A stretch of DNA of 64,000 bases from Takakia lepidozioides. Taxonomy: Eukaryota > Plantae > Bryophyta. Positions within the stretch are counted from its first letter, which is position 1, and each line of letters begins with the position of its first letter. The notes under the pieces were generated by a model. It was not told where the DNA came from. It searched no databases and worked only from the letters and a program-made list of their open reading frames with translations. Shown in pieces: positions 49,399 through 63,299 of this stretch. The stretch is from positions 11,656,001 to 11,720,000 of the forward strand of contig CM060734.1 in the NCBI GenBank assembly GCA_030704615.1, written 5' to 3'. The position numbers and the translations under genes were made by a program.

Positions 49399-50190
49399 AC
49401 TGCCCTGGTGGACATGTATGCCAAATGTGGGTGCATTAAGGATGCGAAGGGAGTTAATTTCAACACTATGGCTGAACGAAATGTGGTGTCGTGGAACACG
49501 ATGCTTGCAGGGATATGCACAGCAGGGGCGTGGGATGGAGGCTTTGGAGGCCTATGAGCAAATGATGGGGGAAGGGGTGAAGCCCAACCACATCACGTTT
49601 GTGTGCATTTGCATTGCATGTTCAAGCCTGACAGCCCTGGAAAAGGGCAAAGAGGTGCATGGTTGCATCGCCAAAGCTGGAATTGGATATGCACAGCAGG
49701 GGCGCGGGATGGAGGCCTCGGAGACCTATGAGCAAATGATGGGGGAAGGGGTGAAGTGCAACCACATCAGTATCACCTTTATATGTGTTCTCTCTGCATG
49801 CAGCCACACTGGCCTACTGAATGAAGGAAGACGCTACTTCGATTCCCTGAGTCAAGATCATGGTGTCACCCCGCCAGTAAAGCACTTTGGCTGCATGGTG
49901 GACCCTCTGGATGTGTGAGACAACTACATGAGGCAGTGGACCCCATTAATAAAATGCCAATCAATCCAGCTGTTGTGGTGTGGAAGGCCTTGCTTGGTGC
50001 CTGCAGAATCCATGGCAATGTGGAGATGGCTGAATGTGTGGCAACATCTATCCTCAAGTGGGATGAACAGGATGTCGTGACTTATGTGTTGCTATATCAA
50101 ACATCTATGTTGCAGCTGGCAGGTGGGATGATACTGCAAATGTGAGAAGAATGATAAAGGTCAAAGGGGTTAGAAATGAGCCAGATGACA
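49399..50190 (+). pseudogene. PLS/E-class PPR (RNA-editing-factor type) pseudogene, 3' part
   Basis: [32 protein letters not shown], and E-domain VWKALLGACRIHGN. Frameshifts are present. Confidence 0.85.
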
Positions 50191-50469
50191 AGTTACATCC
50201 CAGAATTAAGGAAATCCGAAGTATCCAGAAACAAGTAACAGCTGAGACGAGGAGAAGTTGTGGAATGAATACTTTTCTGACACCAATGAATGGTGGGACA
50301 ATTGAGGCAAAAAGGTGAATGCCTGTTGGATTACAAAAAGTAGCAGATGCAATTGACCATAGAAACTAGTGTGATAAGTTGAATTGGGTGTTTTATAGAA
50401 TAAATCTAGGCTGTCATTGTCAGGTGCTAGCAGCAAGGCAAGGATGTATGCATGATTTGTGCAGAGGCA

Positions 50470-50925
50470 TGGATAGCTGAAGGAGCAGGGATAGAGTGTG
50501 GGTCCAGATTCATCCAAGAGGGCCGGACTTCAAGCTCCAGATCACCTATGATTCCATATGGATCAATAGCTACAAGAAACCTGCATGGGTAGATAGTCAA
50601 CTAAAGGTAGCAGCTGTAGCGGCACAGTTGATAAATCAGGCACCTCAACCATGACCACAGCTTCTGAAAGAGGATCAAGAGAGGGAGTCCACAATGCCTC
50701 TTCTGCTGGGCATGTGAAGATGTTTTGTCAGGCAAGCAGACTGACAGAGGCTCTACAGACTTTAAACCAACGAGGCATTTCAGTAGATTTAGATACGTAT
50801 GTCTGTCTCTTGCTTAAGTGCATCAAGATGAAAGGTCTGGAAGCTAGAAACAGGTGCACACTCACATTATCCAAAGTGAATTCACGCCAAATGTTTTTCT
50901 ACTCAACACCCTTGTCATGTGTTGA
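50470..50925 (+). pseudogene. PPR gene 5' fragment; inverted duplicate of 59605-60062
   Basis: MTTASERGSREGVHNASS..GHVKM.C.A.RLTEALQTLNQ.GIS.D..TYVCLLLKC is shared with the minus-strand copy. Confidence 0.8.
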
Positions 50926-52288
50926 GCATAAGAACTAGTGTGATAAGTTGAGTTGGATGTTTCCTAGAACAATGTGGCATGGCATGATCCACTTCAATGC
51001 TGATTGTGATGCCTACTTTGCTGTCTATATCTATGACTCAAACGCGTCTACCTTTGCTATCACTACTTTCCTTCTTGTTGATATTGTAAATTCTTATTCT
51101 CCACCTACTCAACAGTACTCGAAGACATTTCATATCCATATCATGACTTCTACTTGCTGCTGGTTACAATGTAACCTTTTCTCCAATACTAACAAATTAC
51201 TCTTGGGGTTGTTCTCTACAGACACAGGCACTCTGCCACAACACCTATCAGTCTCTTCAGTCTTTTCAGACACTCCTCATATCTCAGTATTACTCTCAAC
51301 AAAACTTTACATTGCTCGTACTTTGATACACTACTCAAAGACATCTATCTATTTCTCCTCCTCAAGGCCACCAGTGATGCATCCATTTACATACACCACT
51401 GCTCCTGTTATCTTCCATTCTCCTTTATGCATCTGTCACCCATGGGCCCACAATCTGGTTCTCCTATAAATATCCTATCTCATATATCTATGATACGTAC
51501 TTTATTTCCTTAAGCGGCATCTGTATGCCAACCAGCTTATATGCAATTCACTTCAGTTATATGGGTATGCTACCCTCCCTGTACTCTCCACATTATGACG
51601 ACACAAGGGCAGATCCACTCCATATACACACTTATACTGTTCACTAATTGTTTGATATATACTTCAGTCACACTACTTCTATACGATTTTCTGCTATATC
51701 CCTCATATACAGTACTACTCCTATACATTTTTATGATACGCCCCTTAAGCCCACTAATCCTATTTTACACTACATGTTGCACCCCTCATCCATAGTACAT
51801 ATTATATTATACAGGATTTTGAGACACTACTCAAGCATACTGCTCATATATACTCTTCCGATATACTACTCAGATACACTACTCACGAACATTACTCAGA
51901 CATGGCCATGTAACTGGAAATTCGGCGCCATTTTTCCAGACATCGTTCCCGTACATGTTGGGACTTAGCCAGTTTTCGGCCCAAAATAGGGAAATACGGC
52001 GCCATATTTCCAGAAATGGCCCCCACAACTGCTACTATTGGAACTCAGTTTTCTGGAAGATCTGCAAATTTTTGCTGCCGCCATCTTATTATGGATTCTG
52101 TTTCGACATTGAATTGCCACTGGACGTCAACGGATATCCAGAAGTCCATAATGTGTTTTAAAGAGATTACTTTAATATTGCCTGTCTCATTCCTGGAGTT
52201 TTGGGTGCATTTCATTACACTGCAAAACAAAGTCTAATGCATAAAAATGCAATTGCAAATATCCATATGGTGGATTCTCTTTGCCCCA

Positions 52289-54500
52289 TCAATGATTTCT
52301 GGAATCCCGACAGAGGAGTTTGTGCAGCTCGTTCACGCTTAACGCTGGTGCATGAACAAAGTCATCAATACTCAAGTTCATCCTCAACCTCTTCAGGTAA
52401 ATGTAATACAGATGCTTGCACGGATAATACTTTATCCCCTTGTTTGTTTCCATCAACGAGAAGTCCATACAATTGCAGGTCGGCTCCACTCCGATTGTAA
52501 TTGTGTATATGTCGTCGCGTACAGCTGAGCCGGCCGTTGCCATCCGATAAACATGCCCAAGGCCGGGTGCGGGTATGTCCACGGAGCTCTGAATAGTGCA
52601 AGCCATCCCAAGAGCATTGACAATCCGAGTCTCATTCAACTTGTTGGGAGGGCATCGTCTCTTCACTCTTTTGAATCGCATTGTGGGATGTGCAGAATTG
52701 TCCAATCCGTCATTACTGGACCTCGCAGTCTGCAATGGTTGGGTCTGAGGAACTGGAAATGGGTGGGCCGGAACGTCTATGTGTTGCACCATTCAAAATC
52801 TTGTTGCAGAAAGAGCATCCACCTCATTCTGAGAGAGGTTGCAACCTGGTGCAACAGGCCAGACGCCCGGAGGCTCCAGCATTCCTTGAATCCCGTACTT
52901 GGGCTTGCCAAATACACAAGTCATTATGTCGTGCCTACAGAACCAAAACGTCTGCGTTGTGGCGTGAGAAAATCTGGGAGTCAAAAATCTGCCGTTGAAA
53001 CAAGGTGCAGGTATAGCACCGTGTGGGTTCCTCCGAATCATCTCACCACAGCGTGCTCTTGTATCCACCCAGATGGCGCAGCACTTCCCTCGAAATGCCG
53101 GCAATGTCCTTGCAATTCTCCACTGTGACTCTGACACTCTTGTCTCCACAATGTGTATGTTGTGCTTCGTTACTACAGATGCCTCGTTATGTTCCTCGTG
53201 CACGTGCCCTGTGCTCAAAGGAGATGGCGATTTTGAACGTGCAAGGCTTGCGATGCTCGACGAGACCTCCTCGGGCAACATTACGGGACCACAAGGGAGC
53301 ATGCAAATTTCTTGTCAGCTCGCCATGAATCCTCTTCTCCGCTAGGTGCCTCGTCAAGTCTTCGTCTCACTGGACGGGTGTGAACATCTCCTTCCAAGTG
53401 TTGGCCTCTTCGAAGCAATGGTGTGTCTCGAAGGCCCTCTCGCAAGGCTGCCGCCCACTTCCGAGGATTCTTCGATCTGGAGGCAGTCCGCATCAGCATT
53501 TCCTGCCTGTCCGGCCCCAAGCCCCACTGTTTCCCTTTCAAGAACTCGTTGTACCTTCATTGTTCCATAATTGACCTGACAATGTCCTCCGTTGTGGTAG
53601 TGAGGATGTCCACCAGATGCGCCGTAGAGGAGGCACGCCAGGAAGAATGTACTGATTTGGCCATGTTTGTTGTCGGCATGTCGGTGTCGGAGTCCAGACA
53701 CATTTCCTGCATATGCACATTCTGAGGTTACAAGCAAGTTACAAATAATAACTAGCATAATATTGAATGGGACGTGAATTCGTCCAACTCACCTCCCGCA
53801 TATAGTCGCCGAAATGGAGGAAACGATAATGCCACCATGCTAGCCAACTGACCATTGCTCCCTCGTCTAATTTCTTTACAGCACCTGATGTTGTCCACCA
53901 AGCCCGTATACATGCAAACTGCGTCTTTGCATCATCCAAGGTGGGAGCATGCTTCCACGCAAGACACATGGAACGGTGCTCCTCTCTGAATTCTGGCACC
54001 ACGAGCCTAGTTGTGTACTGCGACAAGCTCTGCAGAAAATGGAACCCACAAGATCTCTCCTTGCCTTCCATCGGAACATTGGGGTCTTCCCCGTACACCC
54101 TTCGGATGGCAGCCCAATTTGCTTGTGCGTTGTCTGCCATGAAACCACAGAAATTGGGCGGGGGCAATCCCGCCCTGGCCATCTGTTCGTTTATTCCCTG
54201 CCAAATAAGCATCTCCGATTGTGTGTCCTCCCATTTCATCTCACAAATAGCAATTGTCATTAGCATCATGCAGTGGGTGTCGTACACATGTGCACCCATT
54301 GTCACCCACTGGTGATTGGTAATTCGCTTGATATGGTCGAACGTGACCCAACTGTTTGACAAGTCCCCACTCGTCATCCGGTGGACCAGTTCCACGCCGC
54401 TGCCAGGCCTACACGTGGACATTTTGAATACAAAAGAACAATCTGCCTCAGTCCCTTGTCCTGGAAACCTACTTCCATGAATGTAGTCATATCCACATCA
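52289..54500 (-). mobile_element. Second MULE-family transposase with C-terminal SWIM (spliced, degenerate, 5'-truncated)
   Basis: VTFDHIKR (D), FMADNAQAN (D), RSCGFH (CxxH), WLAWW, and SWIM PTCNCMDF...PCKHLYYIY. Intron at about 53727-53793. Confidence 0.75.
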
Positions 54501-54549
54501 TCGCTTCACCTCCAGAATGGAGTGCATATCCGAGCCTTGCCCAATTCTC

Positions 54550-55150
54550 TGTTTGAGTTTTCTCACAATAGTTTACAAGAAAACTCCTTCTAACGAGTTT
54601 GTGGATTATTTGAAGCCGAAGCTGCAGCATTTCGTGAAGCACAACTTTGTTGCGCGATGGGAGGACCAGCAATTTAAAAGGTGTATCAATTCTTTCCCCA
54701 AGGACACTGTAGTGTCAGTTGTGGACTTTGCTGAAAACTACAGCTTTGAGATTGAAAACGAAGTTCAAAGTATGCATTGGCATACTTATCAGATTAGCAT
54801 CCTTGTTCACATTACTTTCCGCCATAACCCTGAAGCTGATCCGTATGATGAAGAATCTTGTATTCTAACTGAATACCATTTCTATATTTCGGACGACCGA
54901 AAGCATGACTCAGAATTTGTGCAGCATTGTTTTAAGCTACAGTGGCAGCACATGGTAGAGAAAGGTATGCACCCAATCAACATTGGATTTGGTCTGATGG
55001 CTGTGCCGCTCAGTTTAAAAGCTCTAAACCTTGGTATTTTGTGAGCAACTACCCTAACATGACCGGGGGATGCAAGATAATATGGAGCTTCTTTGGGAGT
55101 GGTCATGGCAAGGGTCCACACGACGGTGCAGGGGCTGTCATCAAAAGGTA
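54550..55150 (+). mobile_element. Sola-like (Sola2-type) DDE transposase fragment
   Basis: VVDFAENYSF..EVQSMHW, ISDDRKHD, WSDGCAAQFKS, FFGSGHGKGPHDGAGAVIKR. One frameshift near 54970. Confidence 0.65.
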
Positions 55151-58100
55151 TAGAAATCGCAGACATAGGTACCAACACCCTTCTGACCATGCTTTGCACC
55201 CAACAATTGGTTCATACCAATTAATGGGTGCATCAAAAGGGACCTTCAGCATGAACACGGTATCTGGCTGGGAGTAAATTTGAAATGTGTCATCAGCAAT
55301 AAGGACCTCTTTGTGGACAATATGTTACGGGTTTAACTGAGGGATTCCTGTTTGGATTGCTAAGTTCTGTGCCAATGCTATTGTATGTATTTTTGCTAGG
55401 TGACTTCAATGCCCGCGCGGGTAAGGGTCTACAGCACGATGATGGTTTCCATTCTAAATAAAGGACTTGATTGACAACCTGTTGGGTGAAGCAGAGTCTT
55501 AGGCTAATTATTGGTCAATCTGAAATGCAAGAGTGAACACTTCATGCACATAGCAATTAGACCTCATGCATATAACAACCATGGACCCTGTGCATAACAG
55601 AAGGTAACAAAGACTACTTTTGTGAGAGGCTCACTTCAGTGTGCTGACCCTGCTTCACCATTATCTGATTGAAATGGCATGCCAATGAATGCCATGGAAT
55701 TCCCAATTCAGCTGTGATCCAATGCCTTTGAGTTGGATGAAATTAAAGAATACCAAAACTGGTCTACAAGCACTTTGCAAACCGGAACTTCGCTCTTGTG
55801 ATCGACAGTTCTAAAGTAAGCTTGGGATTGTTGATTGACGTAAAGGCTGCACAAACATTGATTCTTTACTGGTATGTGTTGCTACTGCAAACTGGATGTA
55901 TTGAGGTGGAAATTGATAGTCCTTGTAATCGATCTGTCATAACTTCCCTCACATTATCTGGCTACGTTTTTGCGGATTCAATATGTTTTCCCTTGTGCAA
56001 ACTATTGTAAGTGTTTTTGGATTAAACCATATGAAACACATCTGAAAACAGTTGGGTTTCAGTGACATGTGTGACTTCCAACTACTGATCAAGGCAAATG
56101 AAGGCGTTCATCTTGTTTGACCAAGAGCGTGTTTGCATTGTGATAAGTATGGTTGTTATATATTGGTTATGTATCCACCTGAGCTAGAAAGCACACTGCT
56201 AATGGCTGTAGGTCTTGCTGTGGGCTTCAACTGCCCAAAATCAAAGATTGGTGTTGGAACCAGAGACATTCACAGACAAAGAAGCTTTGCACCGAGGATA
56301 GTTAAAGAAAGATTTCCGAGAAAGAAACTAGAACCCTTTCAGCCGATCTAGTCATGAAGCTCAACGTCAAAGAGGAATTGGCAAACTTCAAAACTGCGTC
56401 TGTCCATGGTTTTCTTCAGCTCGCTGTTTCGTCTCTCAGGCTTTTAAGTAGTTTTGGTCCGGTGAGCTTCATTTAGTTTAGGGTTTACTTTGTTTCTTGT
56501 AGTTTTAGTTTCTGTAGTTCACTAGTTTCCATGTCACTGTGAAATGGTTAACCCAAAACAAGTCCATTCCACATGTAGAAAAAAAGAAAAATCAATGAAA
56601 GGCACAATGTAAACTAGTACACAAAACTAACCAAAAGTAACCAACCTCTATAAACTAACTAACCAACCACCCTATACTACCCAAGTACACAAAACTTCCT
56701 TCACCTTCCTTTTCTACACATTCTGACATTTTCCATCAACTGGTCACTTTTCGTTTTAGCTATTAGAGTACACAAACGTCTTTACAATGTGCACAAATGT
56801 CCACGCTATGTACACAATTGTCCATACCATGTCCATACCATGATACAAAGCGGAGCTAAACTTATGAAATAGCATTGATATCAATTTTTTTCAGTGCGAT
56901 TTTTTGGCGCATGCTAAAGGACCCTATATAGATTGTGCATGGAAAGTTTCACGTTCCAAAAAATTCCTAGTTGGCCAAAAACCATGTCATTGCCCTGTAC
57001 ATGATCTGTAGAGGTAAACACTGCCAATTGGCCTTGATACAATTTTTTTTTCACTCTGTTATCGATTCCCAAGCTTCCTAACAACATGCACATTGTTCAT
57101 GCAAAGCGGCGTGTTAAAATAAATTCATATACAAGAGGTTCCACATGTGGTCACATCATTTGCACTTCAAACCTTAAGATCACTTCAACTACATGCTCTA
57201 CTTATGTAGATTGGTACAAATGAGCAAAGAACACACTTTTTGGAGGCACTATTTTTTTTTCTCCCAATCCTTTGCAGAGTTGTAGTACCATGTGTGTGTA
57301 TCTTCACAAAACAAATTTCAGCCAAAAAACAAATCATACCAGGGAGAAAACTGCAACCCTAGCCCTCAAACCCCAAACCCTAGAGACCCTAAATTAATAA
57401 AAAATTCATTTACAAATATTATAACTAATATTTGCAAGCACATGCTATGGACAAAAAGTGAACGGGTAGGGACTGTACTGGTGTATGCATGGACATTTAT
57501 GTACATAGTATGGACATATTTGTACTCTGTTTTGTAAACAAGTATGGACATTTGTGTAGTCTGTTTTGGTGAGAAAAGTATGGGAACTCCAAAATGGATC
57601 AATGTACACTGCACGGAAGGTGAAGGAACTTTTGTGTACTTGGTAGTTTCTTGGGGGTTGGCTTTTTATGCTGTTTTCAAAAAAAAAAAATGCAGATGTA
57701 GTAGGAGTCCTCCATATCCTCCATATCACCATAGGAGTCTGAAGAGGTTTCTGAAAGAAACCAAGACAAAACAGCCTTACTAAGTAAGGCACCATCATCT
57801 ATCTCCTAAGTCACATTTCAGTTTCAGATTTTCCTTCCACTCTTGGGTGATTCGGGTGGGTGGTGGGGTTTGTTTAGAATACCCTTTCCTCACCATGTTC
57901 ATTTGTGCACTGTTAGCTCTGCAAGTGTACTTACTACCACATGGACAGATTCAGAGATACTCAACCTTTGAGAATCACAGGACAAAAGCGTCAATACCCT
58001 TTCAGCAGCATTGAAGCGTAGGAAAAAATGTGCTAAAATCTCAGCTGCAATCAGACTATGTTTACTGCTATATACCTCTATAGCTGCAGTCAGACTATGT

Positions 58101-58749
58101 TTACTGTGCATGCCTTGTGGGCCTCATGACTACATTAGGTGTTACAGGGGCTCCCATGTGCCAGGTGAACCTGCCTCCAGCACTGCTATAGCCCAAGGAT
58201 GGACCATCTTATCTGCCATGAGAGAACCCAGGATACAATTACAAAAGCCATTAGCTGCTATGTCCGCTTGCTACATGCGCCAAATGCAATATAGGATACT
58301 GATTGTTCTCCACTAAGACCAGATACATTGCTGGAGGTCACAACATCGCCACCATATGCACAGGAATCTGGCCCCTCCCAACCATACAAATAGCTACAGT
58401 GGCAAACACAAGTCAGACTTACCCTGATATCCCCCCCATAGTTGCATACGTCACAGAGCTACTCTTAGCTTGGGGGCAGGCCAGCAGATGGGAACCACAC
58501 CAATTATCCACGGTAAGCAGCGATCACCTGTTATCGAAACCAGCACCATCATGAGCTGAATTCTCACATGAATCCAAGGGACATAGCCCCCACATTTATT
58601 AACAACCATAAAGTACATCAACTCATGATCATACTGAACTCAACTCTGACCTTCCCAATCAGCTGCTCTACCTCTAAATATATTAGAAAGCTGACAGCGT
58701 ATGCTAGGCTCAGCCACTATCAGAACCAGCCACTATCAGAACTAGTGAT

Positions 58750-59890
58750 GATGTCACCATGCATCTCTTTGCCCTTTTCCAGGGCTGCCAGGCTTGCACA
58801 AACATTGCAAACACACAAACGTGATCTGGTTACACTTCACCCCTTCCCCCATCATTTGCTCGTAGGTCTCCAAGGCCTCCATCTCGCGCCCCTGCTGTGC
58901 ATATCCTGCAAGCATGGCATTCCATGACACCATATCTTGTTCAGCCATACTGTCGAACACTCCCTTTGCATCCTCGATGCACCCACATTTTACATACATG
59001 TCCACCAGGGTATTGTTCAGAATGACATCGGGTACAATCCAGCTCTGACAATGTCACCATGGACCTCTTTGCCCTTTTCCAGGGCTGCCAGGCTTGCACA
59101 TGCATTGCAAATGCACACAAACGTGATGTGGTTGGGCTTCACCCCTTCCCCCATCATTTGATCATAGGTCTCCAAAGCCTCCATACCAAGTCCCTGTGTG
59201 CATACCCTGGGAGCATCGCGTTCCACGACACCACATCTCGTTCAGCCATAGTGTTGAAAACTCCCTTCGCATCCTTAATGCACCCACATTTTGCATACAT
59301 GTCCACCAGGGCAGTGTTCAGAATGACATAAGGTACAATTCCAGCTTTGACGATGTCACCATGGACCTCTTTCCCCTTTTCCAGAGCTCCCCTGCTTCCA
59401 CACGCATTGCAAACACAAACAAATGTGATGTGGTTGGGCTTCACCCCTTTGCGCAACATTTGCTCATAGGTCTCCAAAAGCATTCCTACCACACCCATGC
59501 TTGGTAAATCCTGCCAACAATATATTCCACATGATCAAAGATCATTGAGGCATTCTGTTGAACACTTGGTGAGCATCCATGATGCTCCCACACTTAACAT
59601 ACACGTTGACAAGGGTGTTGAGTAGAAAAACATTTGGTGTGAATCCACTTTAGATAATGTGAGTGTGCACCTGCTTTCCAGCTTCCAGACCTTTCATCTT
59701 GATGCACTTGAGCAAGAGACAGACATACGTACCTGAATCTGCTGAAATGCCTCCTTGGTTTAAAGTCTGTAGAGCCTCTGTCAGTCTGCCTGCCTCACAA
59801 AGCATCTTCACATGCCCAGAAGTGCCAGAAGAGGCATTGTGGACTCCCTCTCTTGATCCTCTTTCAGAAGCTGTGGTCATGGTTGTGCCT
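58750..59890 (-). pseudogene. PLS-class PPR pseudogene with tandem P-L-S triplets
   Basis: ORFs 59650..60036, 59154..59498, 59017..59226 and 58754..59005 contain repeated [33 protein letters not shown]. Stops and frameshifts are present. Confidence 0.85.
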
Positions 59891-60298
59891 GATTTACCAA
59901 CTGTGCCGCTGCAGCTGCTGCCTTTAGTTGACCATCTACCCATGCATGTAGGTTTCTTGTAGCTATTGATCCACAGGGAATCATAGGTAATCTTGTGCTT
60001 GAAATCTAGCCCTCTTGGATGAATCTGGGCCCACACTGTATCCCTGCACCTTCAGCTATCCAGGCACGAGGCTGGTGAAGCTGTTGCCCGATGCTAGTAG
60101 CCCCTGTAAATGACCTCTTTGTCAACAACAGCCTATACTTTATATTGCAACCTGGATCATTCACCACAAGGTCTTCCCTTTCCCAATTCCAGCTAGACAC
60201 CTGCTACCGTAATATCTCATCTCCGCTTTCAGTTAAGCACTTGCCCTTCCATCAGAACATATAGTCAAGCTTGCAAGAGAAGAAGTAGAGAAACAGAC

Positions 60299-61175
60299 CT
60301 TTTTAAAGCGCTTGAAGTTTGGGCCCAATTTATCTATTTGGGGGCTTGATGCAGTTCCCTCCTTCACGGCAATCACACTGCTGTAGACAATGTCTGCCTT
60401 AACTATTTCACTAACATCTTCAGCAAGGTTGCTTGCCTCTTGCTTGATGCCAGCCTGGGGGGTTGACATTGTCAGAAAGTGCCCCTCCCCTCCAGCAAAT
60501 GGCCTAAGATCTTGTGACCTTGTCAATCCTTCCCTGGACTGCTCTTGCTTTCTCACAGCTGCACCTCTCGCTGTGTTTCTGCCTGACATTTGACTACTCT
60601 CCAAAGAACCGGGTGAAGAGAGATGACCAGTAATAGATTGCCTGGAGGCTTGCTGTTGCAAAGGGGCTGGCGTAACTACAGCAACTTCTTGTGCTGGCTC
60701 AATGTGGAGTTCAGCTGCATTAACCATCTTCACCAGCATATGCAACTCATTGTTGGTGAGAATTGGAGCTCTGTCTGCATGCCCACAGAGCACATGCCCA
60801 ATGGATCTCTCTCTCACAAAAATTACGGTTCCAACCAGCCCTACCTTTGGAGGGTCCATGGCGGCAGTATCATGAAGGTCTTCAGCATCCGTTTCCTCCA
60901 TGGTTTCATCCGTACATGCACTGGCCACAGGACCTGCTTGCAAGGCCATGCTCATGTAAAAAGTTTCCAAGTCTATAGTTCAAAGAACCACAAAGAAAAG
61001 CTGATGTGGCCAGCTTGACCAACCACGAGGCACAAGGCGCTAGTCAGGCGTGTGAATTAATGCTTCAGGGGACTCAAAAGAGTACTGACATACTGGCAGG
61101 AAGTTGCAATGCCACCACATCAAAGTGGCCTGTAAACACTGCCACCACAACCTTCTCAAATCTGGTTTCCTACAT
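60299..61175 (-). pseudogene. NBS1: Nibrin (NBS1)-like C-terminal fragment
   Basis: VVAVFTGHF, SACTDETMEETD and ADIVYS...GPNFKRFKK (Mre11-binding NFKxFxK motif), followed by a GT donor. No FHA/BRCT N-terminus recognised in the window. Confidence 0.6.
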
Positions 61176-63299
61176 ATCTCACTGCTTAATACTACCTAAC
61201 CCACAGCTGCAATTAATCCATCATATCCTGCCAAACCACCCTCACAGCAACTGCCTCTATTGCCAATACCCTGTAGATTTATGGACCCTAAATAAAGGGG
61301 CTCAAGCTAGACTCAAAGGATATCAGATCCCTAAGTAACCCGAATGCTGTCACCAATTCTTTGACGTCACGTTGCTGCTGCTTGATGGAATGCATGCCTG
61401 TAATGATTGGTTGTTAGGTCTTATCTCCGATTGTGTCTGCACTGTTATTCTCCTCTTCTATATGGGGGCAATATAGAAGTGGAGAAAAGCAGTCCAGACT
61501 CAATGTCAGATTGAGTGTGGACTGCTATTAAGCCTGACTCAAGCTGATGAACCCTGCACCCACCCAGTTATACCAGCACACAAGACAACATGAACCCAAA
61601 TGCCACTCATGACACGAGAGTGCAGGGGTGCAATCTTCTAAGCTACAGGCAAAAGAAAACAAATACAAGGCATACCTGGGCAATCAAACAGTTCGACGAT
61701 CATGGACAACAGGTAAGCAGATGAAAAGCAAGGCACCAATCACCAAAGAGAGGTGATCCAAAACATTTGCTAGCCACAGCCATGTGCCCAACACCCTGCA
61801 TATGTTTTGAAAACATCACGCATAGGTACAAACTAGATGCTGGTCTTTCAAAGTACTATTTAGTAATGGTGACAGGCCCCACAGCATGCCCCCAGAAGAC
61901 AGACCAAATAGGATACTCTGAACCAGGCCATGAGCACTCGTGAGAATTATGTACCGCGTAGCTTGAGCAAAATTTTGCATTGCAATGAATCAATTACAAC
62001 GGTGAAATTGATAGTCAATCAACTACTGCGTAAAATGAACTACTGCTGTAATGTATGGTCAGTAGATTTGCCACCGACTCCGCGAGAGCAACTGACATAT
62101 GACCTGAGTCCTGGTAGTACTAGTGGTAGTGAAGATGAAGGTGACCAGGGCAGTGAGATGGAGACTCGGGTCAAAGTGATGATGAGCATGGGCTCAGTGC
62201 CAGAGGTGAGTTGGCAGAATCATCATCTTTTAAGAAGAAGAAAAAGATGATTTCTGTGGAGCGTGATGAACATGAGCAGGAACCACAAGCCAAAAAATCT
62301 AAATCTGCATCAAAGGAGCATGATATTGTGAAAGAGCCAAGGAAGTCTAAGGTGGGACGACAGCCAGGTTCACCATCAAAGAAAGGCCACAAAAAGAAGA
62401 AACCTGTTGCTGACAGGGTGTCTATTGCGAAGACAACCCGTGCTGCTCATCTGGCAGAGGGTGGCTTGCTGCAGTGGACAATCATGTTTTGTTTCCCATC
62501 ATCATCACTCCTCCCAGGTTTAATCTCCACTTCCCTCTTCCGTTTCATTTTGCGTGGGCTACTGTATTCAACATCAGGTGAAGGAACCTCATGACACGGG
62601 TTACGGTGAAATTGTCTGCTAGCAATACTCGGAGTAACATCAAAGCTGGAGTTAAGAGTAGTAGCATCATGATTTGAGTTCAGGGTACTTGCTGGTATGT
62701 AGGTGCTGCCAGCTTTGAGGGCGCCAGGGTTTGTTCCCGAGAAAGAAATAGAAGCTTGTCCAATGTAATATATGTACTTGAAAGGATTCACATGTAGGTC
62801 TAGTGGACTCCCCACATGCTGTATGGACATTGACAGTACTGGCATGGGCATTTTGTGTAGTCCATTGGAAAACAAAAAGAGGGAAGGGACTTTACTATGA
62901 ATGGATGGAAATTCATACCACTGGGCATGGAAATATGTGTACTTCAGGAGAGACCAAGTGAAATGCATGGACTCTACTATGTGTCAATGGACATTCAGTG
63001 CACTTGGCATGGAGACTTGTGTACATCAACAGCTCTGAAATGGAGGGAAGGGACTCTGCTATGATGGAAATTGAAAGCATTGGCCAAGGCAATATGTGTA
63101 CTTCAAGAGAGAGTGTATGAAGGGAAGGGACTGTACAATGTAGAGTCATACAGTCATTGTACAAAGGCAGTGAAACTGACAATATATGTAAGATGTGAAA
63201 CCCCTAAAATCGAGAAGAGCTTACAGAAGTCAAAGAATGTAAAGGGAGAGATTCACCTTCGGCAGGTTTACTCTGAAAGTGGTTCATGCGAAGGTGAGG

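Noticed and set aside
50940-51900. ORFs in the TACT-rich segment
   Set aside because: This is low-complexity, strand-biased sequence with no recognisable protein signal.
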